Shown one piece after another: positions 10,556 to 20,851 of a DNA stretch of 64,000 nucleotides. The first letter of the stretch is position 1; every line of letters starts with the position of its first letter. The position numbers and the translations under genes are program-made. The notes below the pieces were generated by a model. The model worked only from the letters and a program-made list of their open reading frames with translations. It did not search any database and was not told the DNA's origin. The stretch comes from a virus (lineage: Duplodnaviria; Caudoviricetes). Where the stretch lies: the IMG/VR virus record IMGVR_UViG_3300033068_001747; one strand, 5' to 3'.

Positions 10556-11734
10556 ATGAAAATAGATATAAATAAAATAAAAACAACACCATCAGAATTA
10601 GGATTCAACTTCTGTGTATTCGGAAAACCATCTGATGAAATTATAAATTGGTGCAATCACTGGAATTTAAAAATGGAAGATTCTGGTAAATACACAAATA
10701 TTATCTTAAATGATGATACTAAAATCTCTGAAATATTTAATCAACCTAATAAATATGATTATATAGATGGTTTTAGTCCAAACTTAAATAAGCATTTACA
10801 CGTTGGACATTTCTCTAACCTTGTACTAGCTAATGCTTTTCAAAAATTAGGACTAGGAAGTAAGTTTATTGCAATTTTTGGAGATACATTAGAAGGTTCA
10901 GTTCAAAAAGATGATGCTTTAAAATCATATTTTGAATATTGTAAAAACTTTAACTATAATGTAGATGAAATATTCTTTGCATCAGAAATGAAATTAAAAG
11001 ATGAAAGTTTATTAAAAGAAGGTGAAGGTACATACGAAGGTTCTAAAATATTCGATTTAGCAGACGAAAAATTAGTTGGTATAAAAAGTACTGGTTCTAC
11101 ATCTTACTTTTATCAAGATGTTGCTTTAGCAAGTAAATTAAACTCTTCTACATTGTATTTGACCGGTGCAGAACAAGATAATCATTTTAAATCGTTGAAG
11201 AAATTATTCCCAAAAACAAATCACATTGGTTTAGGTTTAGTTCAATTAGACGGTAAAAAAATGTCAAGTAGTGAAGGTAATGTTATTTACATGACCGAAT
11301 TTATAAATAGTTTACTACCATTATTCAATAATGATATAAAGTTAGTTTATAATATTATTGCTGGTCAAATACTTAAATCCAACACAACTTCAAGTAAGTC
11401 AATAGATACAAAGTTGATTGGTAATCCAAAATTATCTTTAGGTTTATATTTAAGTTATACTATGGCACATATTAAAAGCTGTGGTGTTGAAGTACAAGAA
11501 AAACAAGATTTTTATTCTAAACAACTAGAGTTTGCAGAGTTAAAAGCTAAATCTAATTTATCACCAAATATATTATTTGATGCTCTAATAAATCACTGTA
11601 AAAATATAAACAAGTTGTACGAAGTTTTGTACATAAAAGATAATGAAACAAATAAAAAGTTATTCTCTGACTTATTGACAGATTTACATATAGGTATGAA
11701 GAAAATTGGATTATTTCCAGTTGATAAAGTATAA
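10556..11734 (+). CDS. argS: Minimal arginyl-tRNA synthetase-like protein containing no Arg
   Basis: FSPNLNKHLHVGH (HIGH), KSTGSTSYFYQDVA, GAEQDNHF, KKMSSSEG (KMSKS), YLSYTMAH. Confidence 0.8.
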   Translation: MKIDINKIKTTPSELGFNFCVFGKPSDEIINWCNHWNLKMEDSGKYTNIILNDDTKISEIFNQPNKYDYIDGFSPNLNKHLHVGHFSNLVLANAFQKLGLGSKFIAIFGDTLEGSVQKDDALKSYFEYCKNFNYNVDEIFFASEMKLKDESLLKEGEGTYEGSKIFDLADEKLVGIKSTGSTSYFYQDVALASKLNSSTLYLTGAEQDNHFKSLKKLFPKTNHIGLGLVQLDGKKMSSSEGNVIYMTEFINSLLPLFNNDIKLVYNIIAGQILKSNTTSSKSIDTKLIGNPKLSLGLYLSYTMAHIKSCGVEVQEKQDFYSKQLEFAELKAKSNLSPNILFDALINHCKNINKLYEVLYIKDNETNKKLFSDLLTDLHIGMKKIGLFPVDKV

Positions 11735-11759
11735 AAAAAGTCCTTGAAAAAGGACTTTT

Positions 11760-12266
11760 TTATTTTATTTTTATATTTTCAAGGTCTTTGATAATATCAT
11801 CAATATACTTATTGTATTTTGTTGCATTTACATTTCTTTTTATAGAACTCTCAAAGAAATCTATTATACCTTCAACTTGTGAAGATATTTCTTCTGTTTT
11901 TTCTGATATATAAGGCATTCTAATATCTTCTCTTTCATAACTATCAAAAAATTCAGGGAATCTTTCAATAACTTTTTTTGCTGTTTCTTCTTCTTTACCT
12001 GGTTCACACTTAACTAAAAATCCTCTATCATAAGGTTCACCTATCAATTTAAGACCTAATCTTCTTAGTAATTTTTCAGCAAAGTCATAATCAACATCAC
12101 GACCTTCAGACCAGATAATTATTTCACCTTTTTGATATATTGGTGATCTTAATGACATAGTTTCTAAATTAGTAACGTCAATTGTTTCATCAGTATTTCG
12201 GGTTCTATAATCTGAACCACTTTGGTGAGCCGGAACGATACCTTCAAATAATTTTATGTATTTCAT
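11760..12266 (-). CDS. Hypothetical protein with N-terminal MKYIKLFE leader
   Basis: Leader motif and upstream AATATATA. Confidence 0.6.
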   Translation of the reverse strand: MKYIKLFEGIVPAHQSGSDYRTRNTDETIDVTNLETMSLRSPIYQKGEIIIWSEGRDVDYDFAEKLLRRLGLKLIGEPYDRGFLVKCEPGKEEETAKKVIERFPEFFDSYEREDIRMPYISEKTEEISSQVEGIIDFFESSIKRNVNATKYNKYIDDIIKDLENIKIK

Positions 12267-12352
12267 AACTTATATATTAAATTAAATTTCTCAAAATATA
12301 TATTATTAGTTGTTATATATCATGATGTTGCATGAAAATCAATATATAAGTA

Positions 12353-12595
12353 ATGTGGTATGTTTATATAGTAGAATGTAATGACTCAACTCTTTATACG
12401 GGTATTTCCAACAACGTGGAAAAAAGAATTGAAACTCATAATAAAAAGAAAGGTGCTAAGTACACAAAAACAAGAACACCTGTAAAATTAGTTTATCAAC
12501 AATCTTTTGAAACAAAATCTTTAGCATCAAAAGAAGAATGGAGAATCAAACAACTAACAAGAAATCAAAAAATTCTTTTAATAAACCAAAAATAG
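12353..12595 (+). CDS. GIY-YIG nuclease (UPF0213/YhbQ-like)
   Basis: YVYIVEC..LYTGI...R...HN..KGAKYT. Confidence 0.9.
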   Translation: MWYVYIVECNDSTLYTGISNNVEKRIETHNKKKGAKYTKTRTPVKLVYQQSFETKSLASKEEWRIKQLTRNQKILLINQK

Positions 12596-12612
12596 TTTGT
12601 ATATTTGCCATT

Positions 12613-13473
12613 ATGAAAACAATATTTCTGGACATAGATGGTGTATTAAACGTAGATTATGCAGATAGAGACCAATTTGGTCATATCTTCAGAGACGAGT
12701 ATGTCCAAAATTTAAAAGAAATTATTGAAAAAACTGGAGCCAAACTTGTTATATCTTCTACTTGGAAAGATAAAGGAATAGAACGAATGTTAGATTTATG
12801 GAAAGAACGTAATTTACCTGGTGAAATTATTGATATAACACCAGATTGTGTAGAAGTATGTGAGAACACTAACATAGTTTATTACGACCAAGTAAAACGA
12901 GGACATGAAATAAAACTTTGGTTAGATAGACACCCAGAAGTAACTCAGTATGTTATACTAGATGATATACAAGACTTTTTAGATGAACAACAAGTACATT
13001 TTGTAAATTGTTCAACAGGAGAACCTGTAAAACCTTGGAAATTAGGAATACCAGGATTAAAAGAAGAATGTAAAATTAAAGCAATAAATATATTAAACAT
13101 GAAAGATAAAATCGAATTCGCAGAATTTTTAGATATCCAATCAAAATTGGAAATCAAAGTAGGTGTTATTAAAACAGTAACAGATGTACCTAAATCAGAT
13201 AAACTTATCAAATTAGAAGTTGATTTTGGGGAAGATGAATTAAGAACTGTTGTAACAAACATTAAACCTTCATTAGGTGAATACTACGTAGAACAACTAA
13301 CTGGTGCAAGTTTACCATTCGTAACTAACTTAAAACCTGCTAAAATGATGGGTATTGAGTCAACTGCTATGATTATGCCAGGATTTTACGAAAATACAAG
13401 TAAGGTACTTGACTGGACAGGTAAATTATCTTTATCTACTATTGATTCTAAACCAGGAACTTCAATTCTATAA
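12613..13473 (+). CDS. HAD phosphatase (RNA-repair type) fused to a Trbp111/MetRS C-terminal OB-fold tRNA-binding domain
   Basis: IFLDIDGVLN, LVISSTW, YVILDD; then EIKVGVI...SDKLIKLEVDFG...NLKPAKMMGIESTAMI; start follows a TATATTTG promoter. Confidence 0.8.
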   Translation: MKTIFLDIDGVLNVDYADRDQFGHIFRDEYVQNLKEIIEKTGAKLVISSTWKDKGIERMLDLWKERNLPGEIIDITPDCVEVCENTNIVYYDQVKRGHEIKLWLDRHPEVTQYVILDDIQDFLDEQQVHFVNCSTGEPVKPWKLGIPGLKEECKIKAINILNMKDKIEFAEFLDIQSKLEIKVGVIKTVTDVPKSDKLIKLEVDFGEDELRTVVTNIKPSLGEYYVEQLTGASLPFVTNLKPAKMMGIESTAMIMPGFYENTSKVLDWTGKLSLSTIDSKPGTSIL

Positions 13474-13838
13474 TGAAATTAGTTAAAGTAGGAGATTTAA
13501 TTCATAATCACCTCGGTAGAAAGCCTACCGAGGTTTCCTATGTTATGGTAGATACAGAAAATAAATACTATAAAAAAATACTAAATAATAAAGAATTTGT
13601 AGATAAATATTCTATACAGAAATGTAAAGGTATTGTAAATCAAGAACCAGCTACTGTAGATTTATTAGAAATAGATCAAATAGTTACAAGCAACCAAAAT
13701 GCAGGATTTATATCTTTACAAAAGACATCAAAAATTATTGAGATTATTGATAATCTAATTATTACAGACACAAACCTTTTTATAGTTGATGATATAAGTT
13801 TCTATAGAGATAAAATTTTAACTAAATTAGGAATATGA
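13473..13838 (+). CDS. Hypothetical protein with C-terminal tag
   Basis: Ends FYRDKILTKLGI. Confidence 0.55.
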   Translation: MKLVKVGDLIHNHLGRKPTEVSYVMVDTENKYYKKILNNKEFVDKYSIQKCKGIVNQEPATVDLLEIDQIVTSNQNAGFISLQKTSKIIEIIDNLIITDTNLFIVDDISFYRDKILTKLGI

Positions 13839-14224
13839 TAAAAACACAAACAGGGTATATAAGTTATGACCAGGTATCATTTATTGTACCGGCATATAGT
13901 AAACTCTTAAATATACTATATGCAAATTCACAATATACAATTTTATATGAATATGACCCAGAACAAACTGAAACTAAAACATTTGTAATACAACCTTGGG
14001 TAGATCATGATGGTACAAGTATGTACTATCCACCATATGGATTTAATTATTGGGGAACTATAACATATACAGAACCAATACTATCTTCACACACACAAGG
14101 TATGGGTTCAAATACAAATATGACATTAAATTTGATCAATAATACAAATTTTTTTCATATCTTTGTACAAGAAATTTTATCTACTGCAGAAATGAGAGAT
14201 AAAAAAATTGAAGAAATAATTTAA
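13835..14224 (+). CDS. Hypothetical protein with C-terminal tag
   Basis: Ends EMRDKKIEEII. Confidence 0.55.
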   Translation: MIKTQTGYISYDQVSFIVPAYSKLLNILYANSQYTILYEYDPEQTETKTFVIQPWVDHDGTSMYYPPYGFNYWGTITYTEPILSSHTQGMGSNTNMTLNLINNTNFFHIFVQEILSTAEMRDKKIEEII

Positions 14225-14255
14225 AGGTAGATATGTTACTTTTATATATAGTAGT

Positions 14256-15032
14256 ATGAAAGAAAATATCAAAATTGATATAAACAATAAATACTTTTGT
14301 TATATATTAGGATTACTATGGGGAGATGGATACCTCTACAAAGGAAGAGTTGGTATATCAATGATTTCAGAAGATTTAGACCCTCTAGTAAGCATTTTTA
14401 GTCATATAGGAGATTGGAAAATATGTAAGTCTTCAAGAAAAGACTATAAAGAACAAACAACTCTTAGAGTCTCAGATAAGAAACTGTATACTTTTTTAAC
14501 TAGTATGGATTTTGATATAAAGTCAAAAACATCACCAAATAAAATTTTAAATATAATAGAAGAACATAACTTTAAATATTTTTTAAGGGGATTTTTTGAT
14601 GCAGATGGTTGTTTCTATATAAACAAGAATACTAGACAATGTATAATTACATCAAACTATTCACAAAACTGGGACTTTTTATCTAATTTTTACTCTAGTA
14701 AAGGATGGAAACACTCAATAGGTAAACAAATTAGTAAAACAGGAAGCAGATCATTTATTAGAATAACAAATAAAGATATATTAAAATTTGGAAACTTTAT
14801 ATATAATGGTGACCCCTTTGGAATAGAAAGAAAATATAACAAGTTTATAGATATAGAAAAATCATATATTAAAAAAAATAGAGTAGGACATAATAAAAAA
14901 TCTATTTATATAGAGGATATTCAATATGATAGTATATCAGAGGCAGTCTTACTAACAGGTATAAATAGAGAAGTTATAAGATATAGATTAAAATCAAAAA
15001 AATTTAATTATAGATACAATGAAGAAATTTAG
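14256..15032 (+). mobile_element. Free-standing LAGLIDADG homing endonuclease
   Basis: ILGLLWGDG and FLRGFFDADG motifs; C-terminal NUMOD1-like YDSISEA. Confidence 0.85.
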
Positions 15033-15483
15033 TTTAATAAATGAATCAAAATCAAAATTTAGCATAGGTATTGACATACACGGTGTTATCGATGCACTTC
15101 CAGAATTCTTTGCCTTTTTAGCAGACTCTGTTATAAAAAATGGTGGCGATGTACACATCATAACTGGAGGCGAGTGGAACGATAAACTTGAAAAACAATT
15201 AGGTAATATAAACTATACACATAAATTTTCAGTTTATGATCACTTATTAAAAACAGCAGAAACTTTAGGTGAAATCGAATTTCCTGATGGAACAATTCAA
15301 AAGAAATTTGATGATGTTCTATGGGATTCTACAAAAGCCGAATACTGTAAAGAAAATAATATCAATCTTCATATTGATGATACATTATGTTATAATGACT
15401 ACTTTACTACACCATTCGCTAGATTTTGGTCACATAATGGTAAACAAAAAGCATCACACAAAGATATTAGACATTTAGACTAA
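15019..15483 (+). CDS. HAD-like phosphatase
   Basis: IGIDIHGVID, IITG, K..YC....LHIDD. Confidence 0.65.
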   Translation: MKKFSLINESKSKFSIGIDIHGVIDALPEFFAFLADSVIKNGGDVHIITGGEWNDKLEKQLGNINYTHKFSVYDHLLKTAETLGEIEFPDGTIQKKFDDVLWDSTKAEYCKENNINLHIDDTLCYNDYFTTPFARFWSHNGKQKASHKDIRHLD

Positions 15484-15512
15484 ACATTTTTTAATTCTTC
15501 TATATAATTCAC

Positions 15513-16481
15513 ATGGAAGAATTAAAAATTATAAGTCTATTCTCTGGATATGGTACCCAAGAATTAGCATTAAAGTATAGTGGTATTAAATACCGTAATG
15601 TTGCAAACTGTGACATTCTTAAATCAGCAAACGAAGCTTATGACTCTTTACACACTACCGAAGAAGGTAATTTAGGAGACATTTCAAAAGTTGATGAAAA
15701 AACATTTCCTCATTGTGATTTTTTAACATACTCTTTCCCTTGTCAAGATATATCTATATCTGGTGTACAACGTGGTATTGAAAGAGGAACTCGAAGTGGT
15801 TTGTTATACGAAGTTGAAAGAATCGTAGAACATAATAAGCCAAAATTCCTTTTAATGGAAAATGTTAAAAATCTAGTTTCAAAAAATCATATCAAAAAAT
15901 TTAATGATTATATTGACAAACTTAACTCTTTAGGTTATGGTTCTGCTTGGATGGTACTTAACGGTGCTGACTTTGGATGTCCTCAAAACCGTGAGAGAGT
16001 TTTTATGTTTTCAGTATTAGGTGAAACCTCTTTAGAAGTTTCTAATAAAATGATGGGAGTTCACAATCATAAAAAATCTAGAGTTTCAATGAGACCATAT
16101 GTTGAAGAAACGGTAGATAATAGTTTATTTATCACACCACCTTATGAGATAAATACTCCTAAAGTAAGTTCTGTTTGTAAAATGGTGGCTAGAAGAAGTG
16201 ACTTAAAATACGACCAAGCTAGAAGAATTTACTCTATTGACGGTTGTTCACCTTGTTTAACTACATCAGGCTCACCACAAATTATGTTAGATGATAAAAG
16301 AATTAGAACTCTAACAGCTAGAGAAGGTTATCGTTTTATGGGAGTTAAAGATAATGATATAGATAAACTACTAACTACAAGTTTAACAACTAAACAACAT
16401 GTAGCTTTAGCAGGAAACTCAATATGTGTTCCAGTAATGCAAGCAATTTTTGAACAATTTTTCACAGATTATATGAATTAA
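15513..16481 (+). CDS. dcm: DNA (cytosine-5) methyltransferase
   Basis: LFSGYG, FPCQ, MENV, QNRER, AGNS motifs. Confidence 0.93.
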   Translation: MEELKIISLFSGYGTQELALKYSGIKYRNVANCDILKSANEAYDSLHTTEEGNLGDISKVDEKTFPHCDFLTYSFPCQDISISGVQRGIERGTRSGLLYEVERIVEHNKPKFLLMENVKNLVSKNHIKKFNDYIDKLNSLGYGSAWMVLNGADFGCPQNRERVFMFSVLGETSLEVSNKMMGVHNHKKSRVSMRPYVEETVDNSLFITPPYEINTPKVSSVCKMVARRSDLKYDQARRIYSIDGCSPCLTTSGSPQIMLDDKRIRTLTAREGYRFMGVKDNDIDKLLTTSLTTKQHVALAGNSICVPVMQAIFEQFFTDYMN

Positions 16482-16506
16482 AAAAACCCACTTTCGAGTG
16501 GGTTCT

Positions 16507-16716
16507 TCATTTTCCGATATTTAATACTAGTTTCCATTCACCAGCAGTTGTTTGACCTATAACTTTATAACTTCTAATAGATTCCATTCTGACAAATCTA
16601 AGTATTTTACTCAATTTATCATGAAACATTTCTTGTGACTCTCCATTTTCGAACCACTCAAGTTTGTATTCTATAAATACATCTTTATTTTCATTAAATT
16701 TTTTCAAGTACCTCAT
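16507..16716 (-). CDS. Small protein with MRYLKKFNE leader
   Basis: Leader motif; TATATA upstream. Confidence 0.55.
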   Translation of the reverse strand: MRYLKKFNENKDVFIEYKLEWFENGESQEMFHDKLSKILRFVRMESIRSYKVIGQTTAGEWKLVLNIGK

Positions 16717-16767
16717 ATTATTTTAGTTATCCTATATATAAATAAAATATATGAAAAATATTACTTT

Positions 16768-16914
16768 TTAAGATTCTACATCATTTTTCTTTAAAAAATC
16801 AACAATTATTCTTTCAAATAACTTATTTTTATCGTAACCAACTAGATCAAGATGTTCTTTATAACGCTCTATTATTTCGTTATCTAATGTTAGATATAAA
16901 TTTGCTCTTTCCAT
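16768..16914 (-). CDS. Small ribbon-helix-helix-like protein (48 aa, not in the ORF track)
   Basis: MERANLYLTLDNEIIERYKEHLDLVGYDKNKLFERIIVDFLKK has an RHH-like pattern. Confidence 0.45.
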   Translation of the reverse strand: MERANLYLTLDNEIIERYKEHLDLVGYDKNKLFERIIVDFLKKNDVES

Positions 16915-16948
16915 ATATTTATATATATAATAAAATTAGATAAAAGTT

Positions 16949-17242
16949 ATGATGTTTAAAATAGTTAATCAATCATTATATTTATGTGATAATATAGGTA
17001 ATCTTGGAAGAAGAATAGCAGAGAATGTTGCCTTTGGTACTTATGACGATTCACAAAAGATTTTTTTAATAACTAACATAGATGGTAAATTAGAAACCAA
17101 AGATATAATGGGTAATAACATTAGAGTTTTATCTCAAGGAGTATTAGAAGCAAGATTCTCAGGAACAGACATTTTAGTTCGTAAAAGAGACGGTAAAAAC
17201 GTTCTAATAGATAAAATGGGTAATATCAAAAGATATTTTTAA
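16949..17242 (+). CDS. Hypothetical beta-rich repeat protein
   Basis: Repeated D-x-x-G-N motifs. Confidence 0.55.
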   Translation: MMFKIVNQSLYLCDNIGNLGRRIAENVAFGTYDDSQKIFLITNIDGKLETKDIMGNNIRVLSQGVLEARFSGTDILVRKRDGKNVLIDKMGNIKRYF

Positions 17243-18852
17243 ATTATTCTTAAATACCTTGGTGTAGAATCAAAAAGATCCGTTTGAATAGAAAGTGCAT
17301 ATCTCATAATACCAGTAATCGCAATATTTGCATCAGTTGGCTCTTCTGACTGAAGAATTGCAAGTGCAACCAATAATTGAATTGATTGTAATTTAGATAT
17401 TAATCTATTCTTAATATTATTTACCTCACTACCTTCTTCTAAGTTACTATACATTTTACTAGCAGCACCACTTTTATTTTTTGTAGATAATTGATCTATA
17501 AGATTGGGTACTAGATCTAATAAATCATTATGTGCTGATAAAATCATATCTCTCAACTCATCTTCAGACTTTGTAACTAATCTAGAATATAGATCAATAT
17601 TTAAGCCATATCTAGTAATAAATCCATTTCTTTCAAAAGATGAAATAATAGAATTAAGTGTTATTTTACCGTGTCTTGAAGATCTTCCTAAAATATCACC
17701 ATCAATATTTCTAGCTTTTCCAGTATCAGAAGAATCAAAAACTATATCTCTGGATGAACTTTCTACTTCTCCTACATCATTAGTTCCTTCAGACATCCAA
17801 ACAGATTTAACTCTTAATTTAGATGCAATACCTTTTAACGGATCATCAGTTATAATAAACCTATCAATTGTAAAATCAGGTAGTTTTTTATTTAACTCTT
17901 TATTAACAATAATCCTATCACCTTCTTTAAATTTTTTAAGTGATACAGGAATAAGTTGATTACTATCAAAATAATGGTCTAATAACTTAACTAAACCACC
18001 TATAGAAGTTTGAGATTTTATTTGTCTATTGATTTCGGATAACGATCTTTCAACAACGATATAAACATCTGCTGGACAAAATTTAGAGAAATTAACTTTA
18101 GAGTTAGATAATTTTTTTAATTCATTATACTTTTTAACAATGTTAACAACAGGTGAAATAGGGTCATTATTAGATTCAAGAAAAACTAAATACTTTCTAT
18201 TATTATTTACTCTTGGAAATATTCCTTTAAAATCAATTAAAATATCAGGGACTCTAATAAAAGTATTTAACCAATCTCTATTAGTTGATAAACTATCTAT
18301 CATCTCACGTGTTAAAGTAAACTTTGGATCTAAATAAATACCAATTCTTTTAAATACTTCATCATTTTTATTAACGTAATTTTCCCAAAAATCAATAACT
18401 CTTTCCTTATCCATTATCTCACCAGGATATCTTAATCTAAATGCAATAAATAAACATTGTATCGCCTCATACTTTCTTGTCAAAACACCAGGTCCTACTG
18501 CACCAAACTCAGAAGTTTTTGTTACTTGATTTAGTTTAAATCCTTTACTACCAGAAAATAAAACATCATCATATTTCGTATGACCAGGTGGCTTAGTAAA
18601 TACTTTCCTTGCCTTATCAGAAGAATAATGATTATTTGTACTAATTGCATCAGCTGCTTTGGCAGGTGTAATCTTTTTACCATCCACCTTCACAGTAGTT
18701 ATGTTTTTTTCACCTTCACCTTTAATTGAAAGTTTTGCTGGCTTTTCTTTTAGTTTTTTAACTAATATATCTCCACGTTTTTCACCACCTCGATCTTTAT
18801 CTAACTCGGTTAAATTAAGCTCAACTTCTTCAAATAATTTTAAGTATTTCAT
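17239..18852 (-). CDS. Putative PD-(D/E)xK nuclease-like protein with MKYLKLFEE leader
   Basis: YEAIQC...FCPADVYIV...IPVSLKK; start reassigned to 18852. Confidence 0.5.
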   Translation of the reverse strand: MKYLKLFEEVELNLTELDKDRGGEKRGDILVKKLKEKPAKLSIKGEGEKNITTVKVDGKKITPAKAADAISTNNHYSSDKARKVFTKPPGHTKYDDVLFSGSKGFKLNQVTKTSEFGAVGPGVLTRKYEAIQCLFIAFRLRYPGEIMDKERVIDFWENYVNKNDEVFKRIGIYLDPKFTLTREMIDSLSTNRDWLNTFIRVPDILIDFKGIFPRVNNNRKYLVFLESNNDPISPVVNIVKKYNELKKLSNSKVNFSKFCPADVYIVVERSLSEINRQIKSQTSIGGLVKLLDHYFDSNQLIPVSLKKFKEGDRIIVNKELNKKLPDFTIDRFIITDDPLKGIASKLRVKSVWMSEGTNDVGEVESSSRDIVFDSSDTGKARNIDGDILGRSSRHGKITLNSIISSFERNGFITRYGLNIDLYSRLVTKSEDELRDMILSAHNDLLDLVPNLIDQLSTKNKSGAASKMYSNLEEGSEVNNIKNRLISKLQSIQLLVALAILQSEEPTDANIAITGIMRYALSIQTDLFDSTPRYLRII

Positions 18853-18900
18853 ATTTGTATATATTAAGTTTTTCACACTAAAAAAATAATATATACAAAT

Positions 18901-20298
18901 ATGAACAATAAATTATCAAAATACGAACAATATCTTTTAGAACAAGATATACAAATGTTATCAGAAGCAAAAATTGTATTCGACGACAAATTTAATGCAC
19001 TCCTTAAAAGAATAAAAACACCAATTTCTAAAAATTTAAGAATGTTAAATGGAACTGAAGTTGATACAAATTATAATTATATCACATTTGATGTAGATAA
19101 AGAAGATAAAGTTTTCTTTATTCCAGATGATAAAGCCAAAAAAGTAGATGATCCATACACATTAAAAAAATCAGATATGAATATTGGTAGATTTGTAAGA
19201 GCAATTCTAACTAAAGCAGGACACGAAGTTAATAATAAAGAACTAGAAGAATTTGTAAGTAAATATAAAGCATCTATTCTAGTAGAAAAAGAATCTTTTA
19301 AAAGATTTGAAATAGTTAAAGGTGATGATATAAAATACTGGTATAATCTTAATCAGTATTATAGAGGAGATGGTACATTAGGTTCTTCTTGTATGAGATA
19401 TGCAAAATGTAGAGACTTTTTAGACATATACTCAAGAAATCCTGAAAGATGTTCTTTGATAATCTTAAAATCAAAAGGAGACGATTATAAAATAACCGGT
19501 AGAGCTTTACTTTGGTTAGATGATAAAGACAGAAAATTTATGGATAGAGTATATATTGAAGATTCTTCAGATACTCAACTATTTATTGATTATGCAATTG
19601 ATAACGGATTCTATTATAAGAAAAATCAAACTTATCAAATAGGTGATCCTATCATGTTTAATGGACAAGAACTAACTAAAGAAGATAGTTGGATTTACAT
19701 TACTTTAGAAAACGGTGGAGAATTTAGCAAATATCCTTATATGGATACTGTCAAATATTATACTCCTTATAGAAATCTACTAACAAATAACTGGACAGAT
19801 TCATACGAATATGAACTAACCGATACCGAAGGTGGTAATGGTTCTTGTTCTAACTGCGGTGGTTCGGGAGAAGTAGAATGTGAAGATTGTTGTGGTTCAG
19901 GAGAATACAGATGTTGGAGATGTGAAGGTGAAGGTGAAGTAGAATGTAGAGAATGTGATGGTTATGGAGAAGTAGATTGCCATGTTTGTGATGGTCATGG
20001 AGAAGTCGAATGTCCAGTTTGTGATGGTTATGCAGAAGTAACTTGTCCTCAATGTGATGGATCTGGTGAGTTTGAAGAAGGTCCTTGTGACAATTGTGAC
20101 TCATCAGGTAAAATACCTTGTTATAATTGTGAAACTGGTCAACTTACTTGCCCAGAATGTGAAGGAAGTTGTAAAGAAGAATGTGAAGATTGTGAAGGTA
20201 AAGGACTAGAAGAATGTACCTCTTGTGACGGAGATGGAACAACAGAGTGTCAAGAGTGTGGTGGAGATGGAAGAATAATATGTTATGAATGTAGTTAA
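18901..20298 (+). CDS. Phage protein with SCM core and long CxxCxGxG repeat array (paralog 3)
   Basis: GSSCMRY, GRALLW, MDRVY, YPYMDTVKYY; more than 10 CxxC repeats. Confidence 0.75.
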   Translation: MNNKLSKYEQYLLEQDIQMLSEAKIVFDDKFNALLKRIKTPISKNLRMLNGTEVDTNYNYITFDVDKEDKVFFIPDDKAKKVDDPYTLKKSDMNIGRFVRAILTKAGHEVNNKELEEFVSKYKASILVEKESFKRFEIVKGDDIKYWYNLNQYYRGDGTLGSSCMRYAKCRDFLDIYSRNPERCSLIILKSKGDDYKITGRALLWLDDKDRKFMDRVYIEDSSDTQLFIDYAIDNGFYYKKNQTYQIGDPIMFNGQELTKEDSWIYITLENGGEFSKYPYMDTVKYYTPYRNLLTNNWTDSYEYELTDTEGGNGSCSNCGGSGEVECEDCCGSGEYRCWRCEGEGEVECRECDGYGEVDCHVCDGHGEVECPVCDGYAEVTCPQCDGSGEFEEGPCDNCDSSGKIPCYNCETGQLTCPECEGSCKEECEDCEGKGLEECTSCDGDGTTECQECGGDGRIICYECS

Positions 20299-20303
20299 AT
20301 TAT

Positions 20304-20822
20304 ATGATATACTTAAAAAAATTTAATGAGTCTAAAAAGCTCACAGAAGATGATATTACTTATTCAGTATTAGAAATATTGGATGAGGGGTTTACTTTTA
20401 ATGGAAATGCTTCTACATTTAACTTTAATTCTCAAATGAACATGATTTCATTTGTTAGAAGATGTGATACTAATAAAAATGAAATATTACCAGGTGAACG
20501 TAAATATGCAGATCCTCGTGATAAAGGAAGATGGATTTTAGCAGTAACAGGAATTCAAAGAAATGGTGACTATTCGGGATTTCAATATGGTAATGTTTGG
20601 AGAAAAAGAAACTATGAAATTCCTAAAGAACAAGAATACCTACGTAATATAGGATTTGAATCTGCAATTAAATTATTAAGACTAACTGATTATAAATACG
20701 TAACCTTATCAATACATTCAATACCAGGTGGATCTTGGAAAGAACCATTTTTTACAACAACAGAGTGTATTAAGTTTCAATTCAGTAATAATTTTGATGT
20801 TTCACCAATATCAGAAGATTAA
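20304..20822 (+). CDS. Hypothetical protein with MIYLKKFNE leader
   Basis: Leader motif. Confidence 0.6.
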   Translation: MIYLKKFNESKKLTEDDITYSVLEILDEGFTFNGNASTFNFNSQMNMISFVRRCDTNKNEILPGERKYADPRDKGRWILAVTGIQRNGDYSGFQYGNVWRKRNYEIPKEQEYLRNIGFESAIKLLRLTDYKYVTLSIHSIPGGSWKEPFFTTTECIKFQFSNNFDVSPISED

Positions 20823-20851
20823 ACTTTTTAACTTTTTTTCATAAAATCTTT

